Below, one piece after another: positions 9,094 to 15,994 of a stretch of 43,353 nt of DNA. The notes beneath the pieces are model-generated. The model was not told where the DNA came from and made no database searches. It was given only the letters and a program-made list of their open reading frames with translations. Position 1 is the stretch's first letter. Each line of letters opens with the position of its first letter. Source of the stretch: a virus (lineage: Duplodnaviria > Caudoviricetes); IMG/VR virus record IMGVR_UViG_3300037461_000389, positions 1 through 43,353 of that record. One strand, written 5' to 3'. Position numbers and translations under genes: made by a program.

Positions 9094-9354
9094 ATGAAGA
9101 CCCCAACACCAATCCCGACGAAGGAAGAAATCTGGCAGACTATCGAAGACAGCATAAGCGATATCCTGATTGCCTTGAACGCCGACACAACGGGAAGTAT
9201 ATCGGATGACATCGGCCGCGCCCTTGCTATGGTACTGCCCCTCAGGAAGACCGAAACCGGCTTTTACTCCACTTTGTACGGACCCAAGACCAATATCGGC
9301 TTAGCGAAATGCGTACTTTACGCCCTCATAAACGCACGCATGAAAGCCAGATGA
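9094..9354 (+). CDS. Hypothetical early protein
   Basis: RBS AGGAG. C-terminal Y.T.YG.KT..GL motif. Confidence 0.6.
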   Translation: MKTPTPIPTKEEIWQTIEDSISDILIALNADTTGSISDDIGRALAMVLPLRKTETGFYSTLYGPKTNIGLAKCVLYALINARMKAR

Positions 9355-9368
9355 AGGAGAGCCACCCC

Positions 9369-9629
9369 ATGAAACCGATTTTTATTGGAGAGTATAGCGA
9401 ATATGGCTACCAGATATTCAGAACACGCGGGAAAGGATACGACTTTGTATTTTCGGCGGGAAATTGTCGCTATGACTCCGCCCAAACCATGCCGCCCGGC
9501 TCGCCCGGCTCGCTCACACTTTGCGACATTGAAGCACTTTGCAACGCTTCAGGCAAGGAGGAGGCGCGGCTTGCTGGAGGAATCTGGAACGGCTGCGCCC
9601 AGGCTGAAGACGACAACGCAATCTTTTAA
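9369..9629 (+). CDS. Hypothetical early protein
   Basis: RBS AAGGAG before MKPIFIGEYSEYGY. Alternative start at 9351. Confidence 0.6.
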   Translation: MKPIFIGEYSEYGYQIFRTRGKGYDFVFSAGNCRYDSAQTMPPGSPGSLTLCDIEALCNASGKEEARLAGGIWNGCAQAEDDNAIF

Positions 9630-9647
9630 CCGAAAGGAATCCACACC

Positions 9648-9917
9648 ATGAACACCCCAACAAAACCCCGTTATTGTATCCCTTGGGAGGCCGGACTATG
9701 TTCAGAGGCCCGCGCCGTAGGGAGGCGGATTGCCAAGATACTACACGCGCTCGAGGGAATAAACGGCTTTATTGTCGATGGAAAATGTGACCTGCAAAAA
9801 GACGTCGACCGGCTCCGCGTGGAAATCATTGAAGGATTGAGGCGCGACGGATGGAGACTGCGCGTAACGGATTCCGACCGCTGGTCGATACTGCCCCCGA
9901 AAGACATGTATTCATGA
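9648..9917 (+). CDS. Hypothetical early protein
   Basis: RBS AAGGA and ATGA coupling with the next gene. Confidence 0.65.
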   Translation: MNTPTKPRYCIPWEAGLCSEARAVGRRIAKILHALEGINGFIVDGKCDLQKDVDRLRVEIIEGLRRDGWRLRVTDSDRWSILPPKDMYS

Positions 9918-10111
9918 ATCCAGACGACATCAAAATCGGTACCCGGTTAATCGCCCGGATCAGCGGGAGGTGGACGGCTGTTATTATCGCCGGACACCCC
10001 CGCCCCGGGCGGCCTGGCTGGACGGCGGTCAGCTTGAAGACCGGCAAGATCGTTATCGTATCGCGGCACCGGCTCCGCCCCGCCCGTCCCCGGAGGGGGG
10101 GGATCAAATAG
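9914..10111 (+). CDS. Small basic beta-rich (SH3/KOW-like) hypothetical protein
   Basis: MNPDDIKIGTRLIARISG...GWTAVSLKTGK...RLR, ATGA-coupled start. Confidence 0.65.
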   Translation: MNPDDIKIGTRLIARISGRWTAVIIAGHPRPGRPGWTAVSLKTGKIVIVSRHRLRPARPRRGGIK

Positions 10112-10213
10112 ACCGTTTTTTTTCCTTCGCTTCGCTACGGTTTTTCATTGGACTTTTTCTGTTTTCGTTTATTACACTTGAGAAAAAATTTTCGAACGCC
10201 GCCATTTTCGGCG

Positions 10214-10254
10214 TCAAATAGACAGCCCGGTTTGTTTTCAAATAGACAGCCCGG
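10214..10254 (+). repeat. 17-bp direct repeat TCAAATAGACAGCCCGG x2
   Basis: Copies at 10214-10230 and 10238-10254. Partial copies at 10104-10113, 7164-7174 and 6708-6716. Confidence 0.85.
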
Positions 10255-10278
10255 AACAAAGAGAAAGGACACAGTATT

Positions 10279-10539
10279 ATGAAAGCACTTCTCATCACTA
10301 ACTTGGAAGGTACCTGTTATGATCCGCGAGGCCCCGGCGCTGCCCCATTCGGCTATAGCGTCATTTCACACAGCGGCTACACGGCCTTTGACGTGACCCG
10401 CATGATTCGAGATCACCGACTTCCGCCGATGTTTGCGTGTCTGTCAACGGCGGTCATCATCACAGACGACGCGGACTCGGTACGGGAATGGCTTGGCTCG
10501 GTACCAGACTATCAGACGCGAATCGAGGTAATCCCATGA
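10279..10539 (+). CDS. Hypothetical protein
   Basis: RBS AAGGA, coupled to the downstream HTH gene. Confidence 0.65.
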   Translation: MKALLITNLEGTCYDPRGPGAAPFGYSVISHSGYTAFDVTRMIRDHRLPPMFACLSTAVIITDDADSVREWLGSVPDYQTRIEVIP

Positions 10540-10820
10540 ATCTACAGACATTCATCATCAAGGAAATAGATGAGCGCGGATACACCATGCTCGATTTGGC
10601 TGAAATGGCCGACATTAAAAACGGGAATCTGTGCCGATGGTTGCAGGGAAAAGGCCGGTCGATTGGCTGGAACTCCATTCGCCGAATACTCCTCGTCCTG
10701 AATGTGAGATTCTACACAGACTTTCAGCCTCCGCCTCATCCAAGCAAACTGACCCGACCCGACGAGGGTGCCCGGCTATCATTCGGTACGCCGCCGCGAA
10801 GGCACAAGACATCCTTGTAA
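10536..10820 (+). CDS. XRE-type helix-turn-helix regulator
   Basis: GYTMLDLAEMADIKNGNLCRWLQG...SIRRILLVL HTH pattern. Start ATG 10536 with GAGG. Confidence 0.75.
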   Translation: MNLQTFIIKEIDERGYTMLDLAEMADIKNGNLCRWLQGKGRSIGWNSIRRILLVLNVRFYTDFQPPPHPSKLTRPDEGARLSFGTPPRRHKTSL

Positions 10821-10829
10821 GTCGACGGG

Positions 10830-10855
10830 AAGGCCGGACACCAACCGGCCTTTTT
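10830..10855 (+). terminator. Intrinsic terminator between the convergent XRE and integrase genes
   Basis: AAGGCCGG-ACACCAA-CCGGCCTT followed by TTT. Confidence 0.75.
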
Positions 10856-11895
10856 CATGCGCCCAACACCTGAATATTCGGTTTGGGCCGCGAGGCATCC
10901 ATCCACTGTTGCACGGGAAGCTGGTTGACCCGGATTCGCAACACGGCCATCTGGTCTGTGTAATGATTCAAGGAAATGGCCGCCGAGCTATGCTCCATCA
11001 ACTCCATCGCCGCCTGAAGTCCGCTGGTCATCTGAATGGACGTTGAGAAGACCCGCCGAAGATCATGTCTCGTACATTCCAGCAGGCCTGCACGATCCCG
11101 AATCGACTCCCACGCCCTGCGGATATTGTTATCGGGAAACAGAAGCCCATCCCGGATCGTACCCAAGTAGGATACCAGATACGGCTTGACCGACTCGGGG
11201 AGCGGACGCCCCACAAACACCTTATTGGTTTTCTGTGACCGCGTATCTATAGACATATCAGAAATATTGACATTGTTTTTTTGTAATGTATCTATATCGT
11301 GAGATCGAAGTCCCGTCACCAGCGACAGCAACACCCTCATCCTCCATGTTTCGCTACGGCACGCCGCCAGCACGGCTCCCACTTGCTCAATCGTCAAGGT
11401 ACGAATCACCTTGCGATCCGCTTTCACTTTCGCAATCCCGATCCCGTCAGCCACATACCTGCGCCGTGGATCAGACGCCCACCGCACAAACGCCATGATG
11501 TTGCCAATGTGTTTATTGACCGTGTGTTTTGATCCCCCGGAATCCAGCAGACTGCGAACAAACTGATCGAAATGGCCCTGCCGAATCTGCCGGGTAAACG
11601 GATCACCCACCACGCCCTCAAACTTACTCATCGTGGTACGCGCCTCCTCAATCGCAGAATCAGACAACCCGCGAAGTACATAGGTATCGAGGTATTCATC
11701 ACGGATTGCCGACAGCTTGACCTGGACCTGCGCCGTGGGAATATCAGAATTGATACGTCCATACAGAATAGCCCAATACGTTTCGGCCTGCCCCTTCGTA
11801 TGGAATCCCTTCATCACCCTGCGCCCGCCCTCAGACCAGCGAATCCACCAGCCCGGCCTGTCCTGTCTCTGAAACGGTTTACCTAAGCGCCGCAT
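10855..11895 (-). CDS. int: Tyrosine integrase
   Basis: Catalytic set intact: TGLR, K (QKT), HDLRR, EHSS, HY. N-terminal arm-binding-like segment WWIRWSEGGRR. Confidence 0.95.
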   Translation of the reverse strand: MRRLGKPFQRQDRPGWWIRWSEGGRRVMKGFHTKGQAETYWAILYGRINSDIPTAQVQVKLSAIRDEYLDTYVLRGLSDSAIEEARTTMSKFEGVVGDPFTRQIRQGHFDQFVRSLLDSGGSKHTVNKHIGNIMAFVRWASDPRRRYVADGIGIAKVKADRKVIRTLTIEQVGAVLAACRSETWRMRVLLSLVTGLRSHDIDTLQKNNVNISDMSIDTRSQKTNKVFVGRPLPESVKPYLVSYLGTIRDGLLFPDNNIRRAWESIRDRAGLLECTRHDLRRVFSTSIQMTSGLQAAMELMEHSSAAISLNHYTDQMAVLRIRVNQLPVQQWMDASRPKPNIQVLGA

Positions 11896-11910
11896 ACTCG
11901 TTTTCCTTTC

Positions 11911-12320
11911 TGGCCACCGTTTGGCCGCCGCGTCGCTGTAAGTCTATTAGCCCCAAGGGGATTCGAACCCCTGTCGCCGGGTTGAAAACCCGGTGCGTGA
12001 CTTTTCTGTTACTGCGACGCAACCCTGTTAATCTATTACGCTTACGTCACTTATGCCATCACGGACGCAACATTGCGCCCATTCCATTATTTGTATTATT
12101 CGCACTGTTTACAATCCCACTGGCCACCATGCGGCTACCGCGTGACAAGGATGCGCGTTGCCAAAATATGAACCGTGGCGCAGCACCCCAATGCCATGAG
12201 CCGGTCCTTGATATACCAGCACGTTACAGGCACGAAAATCAGCCAAAACAGCACAGTCATTACAAACACCGCACTGTTGCGATCACGGACAACCCCGCCC
12301 TCTTTGTTTTCTTGGCCACT
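11911..12320. repeat. Candidate integrase arm-type sites TGGCCRC(C/T)
   Basis: Copies at 11911, 11922, 12121 and 12313, on both sides of the tRNA core. Confidence 0.5.
11948..11995 (-). other. attP core: 3' half of tRNA-Glu(TTC)
   Basis: Minus strand reads CA-CCGGG-TTTTCAA-CCCGG-CGAC-AGGGG-TTCGAAT-CCCCT-TGGGGCT-A (anticodon arm, T arm, 3' acceptor strand). No D arm or 5' acceptor strand upstream. Lies about 50 bp from the int start. Confidence 0.9.
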
Positions 12321-12329
12321 GGTTGACAT
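12135..12329 (-). CDS. Small membrane protein in the immunity region (possible superinfection exclusion)
   Basis: Hydrophobic segment VFVMTVLFWLIFVPVTCWYI. Co-oriented with the putative repressor and int. Confidence 0.4.
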   Translation of the reverse strand: MSTSGQENKEGGVVRDRNSAVFVMTVLFWLIFVPVTCWYIKDRLMALGCCATVHILATRILVTR

Positions 12330-12410
12330 GCTTCCCGACCTTTTATATATATTTACATATGACGCCTTCTATCAACTTTACGAACGAACTGCTTATCGCT
12401 CGGATATCGG

Positions 12411-12740
12411 CTATGCTCCGGTCTTTCGACCTTGTTTTTCTATTGGCGCTGCATGATGAGCTTTGCGATTCGCTGCCGAAACAATGCGTCGAGCCGAAGG
12501 GACGCCCAACATCGCCTCCTTGGTTTCTTTTGCCTCGTGCATCTTATACTTCTCGACCCATTCGGCCCGCTCCTGACAGGTCAGTGATACCCACCACCAC
12601 GCCAGCAACTGAACCAACTGATTGATACCGAATTTATTTTGCGGAGCCAGTGTATCATTGATTCGCTGCCGAATTGCCTCTTGCAATTCCCCGCCGAAAT
12701 ACTTTGTGCCCCGTGATTTTCTTGTGCCTGCCATATCCAT
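12411..12740 (-). CDS. Putative immunity repressor (possible ribbon-helix-helix)
   Basis: Occupies the cI position, divergent from the lytic operon and upstream of int. RBS GGAG. Basic N-terminus followed by a strand-helix-turn-helix pattern. Confidence 0.5.
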   Translation of the reverse strand: MDMAGTRKSRGTKYFGGELQEAIRQRINDTLAPQNKFGINQLVQLLAWWWVSLTCQERAEWVEKYKMHEAKETKEAMLGVPSARRIVSAANRKAHHAAPIEKQGRKTGA

Positions 12741-12819
12741 ATCTCCATGCGTTTCATTCCAGTTTAATGTTTCACATACGTATCACAAATAAAATTTTTT
12801 ATTTTTTTCTGTTTTCTTC

Positions 12820-12848
12820 TTGACGTTGCGCGACTGTATCGGTATTTT
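12820..12848 (+). promoter_or_regulatory. Rightward sigma70-type promoter of the replication operon
   Basis: TTGACG-17 bp-TATTTT with an AT-rich UP-like tract. Imperfect inverted repeat CGTTGCGCGACT / AGTCACGCGACG brackets the -10. Confidence 0.7.
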
Positions 12849-12892
12849 CTCAACAAAGTCACGCGACGATAACAGTTTGAAAAGGACAAAAG

Positions 12893-13066
12893 ATGGATCG
12901 TAATATACTGGTGGGAGTGAAATTGACACGCAAGGAATCGAATCGGCTGAAGGCCAAGGCACACTTTCTTGGGGTCAGTAAATCCGACGTCATTCGGTTC
13001 TACATCAACAGCATATATATCCCGAGGAGAATGGACACGGATGTTCGCCGCACTAAACAAAAATGA
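12893..13066 (+). CDS. Ribbon-helix-helix DNA-binding protein, 57 aa (Cro position; not in the ORF track)
   Basis: Hand translation MDRNILVGVKLTRKESNRLKAKAHFLGVSKSDVIRFYINS...: alternating beta strand, helix, G-x-S-x-S turn, VIR helix. RBS AAGGA. Confidence 0.8.
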   Translation: MDRNILVGVKLTRKESNRLKAKAHFLGVSKSDVIRFYINSIYIPRRMDTDVRRTKQK

Positions 13067-13334
13067 TACGCTTCTCAGCGTCAACGACGTTGCCGAAATC
13101 ACCACGCTTTCCATCTCACAGGTTTACCAAGAGATCAAGCGCGGAAGTCTAACCGCTTTCCGTTTCGGCGGAAAGAGGATCGTCATACGCCACAGGGATG
13201 TGGTCGCCTACATGGCCGCAAGGATGCGGCCAATGTTTTCATCACCCTCCTCCGGAACGGACGGGCTGAATATCCGAAAGGTACCCTCGTCCGTTCTAAA
13301 AAAGAAATCGCCCAAGGAGAGGCGTTTCAAATAA
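13041..13334 (+). CDS. Excisionase-like winged HTH protein
   Basis: LLSVNDVAEITTLSISQVYQEIKRGSLTAFRFGG..IVI pattern. RBS AGGAG. Confidence 0.85.
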   Translation: MFAALNKNDTLLSVNDVAEITTLSISQVYQEIKRGSLTAFRFGGKRIVIRHRDVVAYMAARMRPMFSSPSSGTDGLNIRKVPSSVLKKKSPKERRFK

Positions 13335-13365
13335 ACATTCAAAGATCATGCGCAAGGAGAAAGAC

Positions 13366-13452
13366 ATGAAACGATTTATTGTGTCGCTATGGTTCGGTTT
13401 GCTGGCTGGCGCAAACTGTCTATGGCCATTCAGGGATGGGGGTGGACTATGA
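13366..13452 (+). CDS. 28-aa hydrophobic peptide (not in the ORF track)
   Basis: Strong RBS AAGGAG. MKRFIVSLWFGLLAGANCLWPFRDGGGL, with its stop overlapping the next ATG (ATGA). Confidence 0.6.
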   Translation: MKRFIVSLWFGLLAGANCLWPFRDGGGL

Positions 13453-14600
13453 GCTTCGCACGAGCCACCAAAGAAAAATCCAAACTCCGTCTTGCACTGA
13501 CTGGACCCTCGGGAAGCGGCAAGACGTTTACCGCCCTGTCCATCGCAACGGGAATGTCAAACAAAATCGCCGTGATCGATACCGAGTATGGCACGGCCAG
13601 CAAGTACGCAGACCGCTTCACCTTTGACACCGTGGGATTGGAAAAGCCGACAGTATCCAGCTACATCCAACTCATCACACAGGCTGAATCGCTGGGATAC
13701 GAGGTTCTTGTGATCGACTCCATGTCTCATGCGTGGCAGGAATTGTTGGAGGCAGTGGACAAACTGGCGGCACAAAAGTTCTCAGGGAACACATGGCGAG
13801 CATGGGCAGTCGGCACTCCAATCCAGAAGGATTTTATCAAGGCAATCCTCAAATCGAAATGCCACATCATTGCGACCATGCGAGTCAAAACGGAATGGGT
13901 TGTCGAGAAGAACGAGAAGGGAAAGACGTCACCGACAAAAGTGGGAACGGCACCCGAGCAGGGCAAGGGGATTGAGTATGAGTTTGATATGCTCATGGAA
14001 ATGGCCCACGACCACACCGCTTATGTCTCGAAAGACCGCACGGGCAAGTACCAAGACCTGTTTATCGAAAAACCCGGCGCTGCGTTCGGCAAAGAGCTTA
14101 TTGCGTGGTTAAACGAAGGGGCCGCGCCATCAACTAAAAAACCAACACCACAGCCGCAGCCGGAGCCAGAGCCGGATCCAGAGCCAGAGCCGACAGCCCC
14201 GGAAACGTCATCGCTCGAAGATGAATTGGCCGCTGGCTTGTTAGGCGAAGACACCTCGTCAGAGCCACAACTGCCCCCTCAAGCAACACCCGACAAACCT
14301 ACCGACAAACCTACCGACAAACCTACCGACAAACCCAAGCCGCCATCAACACCGCCCATCAAGGTACCTGACCGGATGTTTGACGCCGGGGACGCACAGA
14401 GCATCATGAAGAAGGCGTTGGCTTTTCTCCGCGACTACTATACCCGCATGAGTACGGAGAGTTTTGTTTTCAATGAGTCCAAATTCCGCCAAGTGATCCG
14501 GACGAATTACGCCGACGACTTGACCACGAAAAAAGGAGTCGAGCGGATTCTGAAAGGTATCGACTTCCTACGCGATCTTGCCGACGAGGCCGCATCATGA
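13449..14600 (+). CDS. Sak4-like AAA ATPase / single-strand annealing protein
   Basis: Walker A GPSGSGKT, IDTE, Walker B LVIDSMSHAW, EYEFD, KDRT. Pro-rich linker. Neighbours gp157 and ssb. Confidence 0.85.
   Translation: MSFARATKEKSKLRLALTGPSGSGKTFTALSIATGMSNKIAVIDTEYGTASKYADRFTFDTVGLEKPTVSSYIQLITQAESLGYEVLVIDSMSHAWQELLEAVDKLAAQKFSGNTWRAWAVGTPIQKDFIKAILKSKCHIIATMRVKTEWVVEKNEKGKTSPTKVGTAPEQGKGIEYEFDMLMEMAHDHTAYVSKDRTGKYQDLFIEKPGAAFGKELIAWLNEGAAPSTKKPTPQPQPEPEPDPEPEPTAPETSSLEDELAAGLLGEDTSSEPQLPPQATPDKPTDKPTDKPTDKPKPPSTPPIKVPDRMFDAGDAQSIMKKALAFLRDYYTRMSTESFVFNESKFRQVIRTNYADDLTTKKGVERILKGIDFLRDLADEAAS
14290..14336 (+). repeat. 12-bp tandem repeat (ACCGACAAACCT, about x4) encoding TDKP
   Basis: Directly visible, in frame within the ATPase linker. 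Confidence 0.9.
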
Positions 14601-15028
14601 CAACCATCTACCCATCATTCAGGGCCACCGCCCGCAACGGATCACCCATGTTTGATCCTGTCGTCTTCAATGAATTTGTTGACCACCTACGATCCGTAGA
14701 AGGCAAAGAGATCGATATCGTGGTACGGATAGTAGAAACGGCTCCATCCAAAAATCAGCGAGGATATTATTTTGGAGTATTGTTGCCGATCATCGCAAAG
14801 TCACTCGGATATCCGCAATCAGAAATAGACGAGGTGGACAAAAGCCTGCGCGATGAGCTACTTGGACTCGACGAGGATGGACACACCCATTCCCTGTCCG
14901 CCGAAGCGACTACGTCACAAGGGTTTTCTGAATACATCGAGAGCGTACTGTATCACTGTGCAGCACTCGGTATCGTCCTACCCGACCCGGATCAGGTGGT
15001 CACAAAAGAGGAATTAGATCATGAATGA
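14597..15028 (+). CDS. NinB/Orf-like recombination accessory protein
   Basis: S.NQRGYYFGV and FSEYIE.V...A..LGI.LPDP motifs. Confidence 0.65.
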   Translation: MTTIYPSFRATARNGSPMFDPVVFNEFVDHLRSVEGKEIDIVVRIVETAPSKNQRGYYFGVLLPIIAKSLGYPQSEIDEVDKSLRDELLGLDEDGHTHSLSAEATTSQGFSEYIESVLYHCAALGIVLPDPDQVVTKEELDHE

Positions 15029-15518
15029 CTTACTATCACTCTATGATTGCCTACGTCTTGAAACGGAGATCGAACAGATGTCGGCGCAGAACGACGGCGA
15101 AATCACCGACAAGCAATTACAAGCCCTCGTACTGGCACAAACACAGTCCATTGAGCAGCTAAGCAGTCTCGTATCACTCATCAAGAAGGCCGAGGCGTTT
15201 GCGGATATATGCAAAGCAGAGGAAGATCGGATTGCCGCCATGCGAAAGACCGCAGCAAACCGCGTCGAACGGATAAGGAAATTTCTCGTTCCCTACGTTC
15301 GCGAAAAGAAGTCGGTACAGGTTGGACTGGTCAAGCTGGGCGTCAGGGACAATAAATTCGTCGATCTCGATGATGGATTTAATAACCCACTGTACATGCG
15401 CGTTCCGCCTCCGCCGAAAGAGGAACCCGACAAGACGGTCATCATGGATGAATTGAAAGCGGGCAAGGTTATCCCGGGCGCACGCATCGGACACAACTAC
15501 ACACTCACCATAAAATAA
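15021..15518 (+). CDS. Siphovirus Gp157-like protein
   Basis: LSLY N-terminus, coiled coil (AEEDRIAAMRK), C-terminal PDK..I...LKAG..IPGA. Confidence 0.85.
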   Translation: MNDLLSLYDCLRLETEIEQMSAQNDGEITDKQLQALVLAQTQSIEQLSSLVSLIKKAEAFADICKAEEDRIAAMRKTAANRVERIRKFLVPYVREKKSVQVGLVKLGVRDNKFVDLDDGFNNPLYMRVPPPPKEEPDKTVIMDELKAGKVIPGARIGHNYTLTIK

Positions 15519-15532
15519 AAAGGGCAACGGAT

Positions 15533-15904
15533 ATGCTGACTGGATTAGACACGCAAGGGATTTGCAGGGTTTCGCTTGACCCCAAAGTCGGACAATACGA
15601 AGGGGGCGAATACGCCAGCTTTTCAGTGGCCACGAACAAGCGAATCGGCCAAGGTGATAACGCCAGAGATGAGGCGTCTTTCTTCGATTGTATCTGTTTC
15701 GGGAACGTATCAAAAGCGGCATCGAAGCTGAAAAAGGGGTCCGCTATTTACATCAAAGGAGAGATCACATTACGCAAGTGGACCGACAAAGAAGGCAACC
15801 CACGACAGAAACACCAGATCACTGTGTACCACATCAATTTTCTTGACCCGCCGCCAGCAAAAGCAGAGGGATCGACGGGCAGCGAAGAAATTCCGTTTTG
15901 TTAA
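15533..15904 (+). CDS. ssb: Single-stranded DNA-binding protein
   Basis: FSVATN, FFDC..FG, LKKGS.IYI.G, W.DK.G motifs and an acidic EEIPF tail. Confidence 0.92.
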   Translation: MLTGLDTQGICRVSLDPKVGQYEGGEYASFSVATNKRIGQGDNARDEASFFDCICFGNVSKAASKLKKGSAIYIKGEITLRKWTDKEGNPRQKHQITVYHINFLDPPPAKAEGSTGSEEIPFC

Positions 15905-15922
15905 AACGTTTTCTCCCCTCCG

Positions 15923-15960
15923 GATACGTGCCCCTCTCCATGCGGGGGTACGTATCTTTT
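15923..15960 (+). terminator. Intrinsic terminator after ssb
   Basis: GATACGTGCCCC...GGGGTACGTATC followed by TTTT. Confidence 0.65.
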
Positions 15961-15994
15961 AATCAATCACCGCAGACGAAAGGAGTCGTACAAC

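Noticed and set aside
11948-12020. Functional phage-encoded tRNA-Glu
   Set aside because: Only the anticodon arm, T arm and 3' acceptor strand are present. The upstream sequence cannot form the D arm or 5' acceptor strand, so it is an attP core.
14150-14340. Iterons/origin in the CCGGAG/CCAGAG and ACCGACAAACCT tandem repeats
   Set aside because: They are in-frame multiples of 3 encoding a PEPEP/TDKP disordered linker, best explained as slippage in a tolerant linker.
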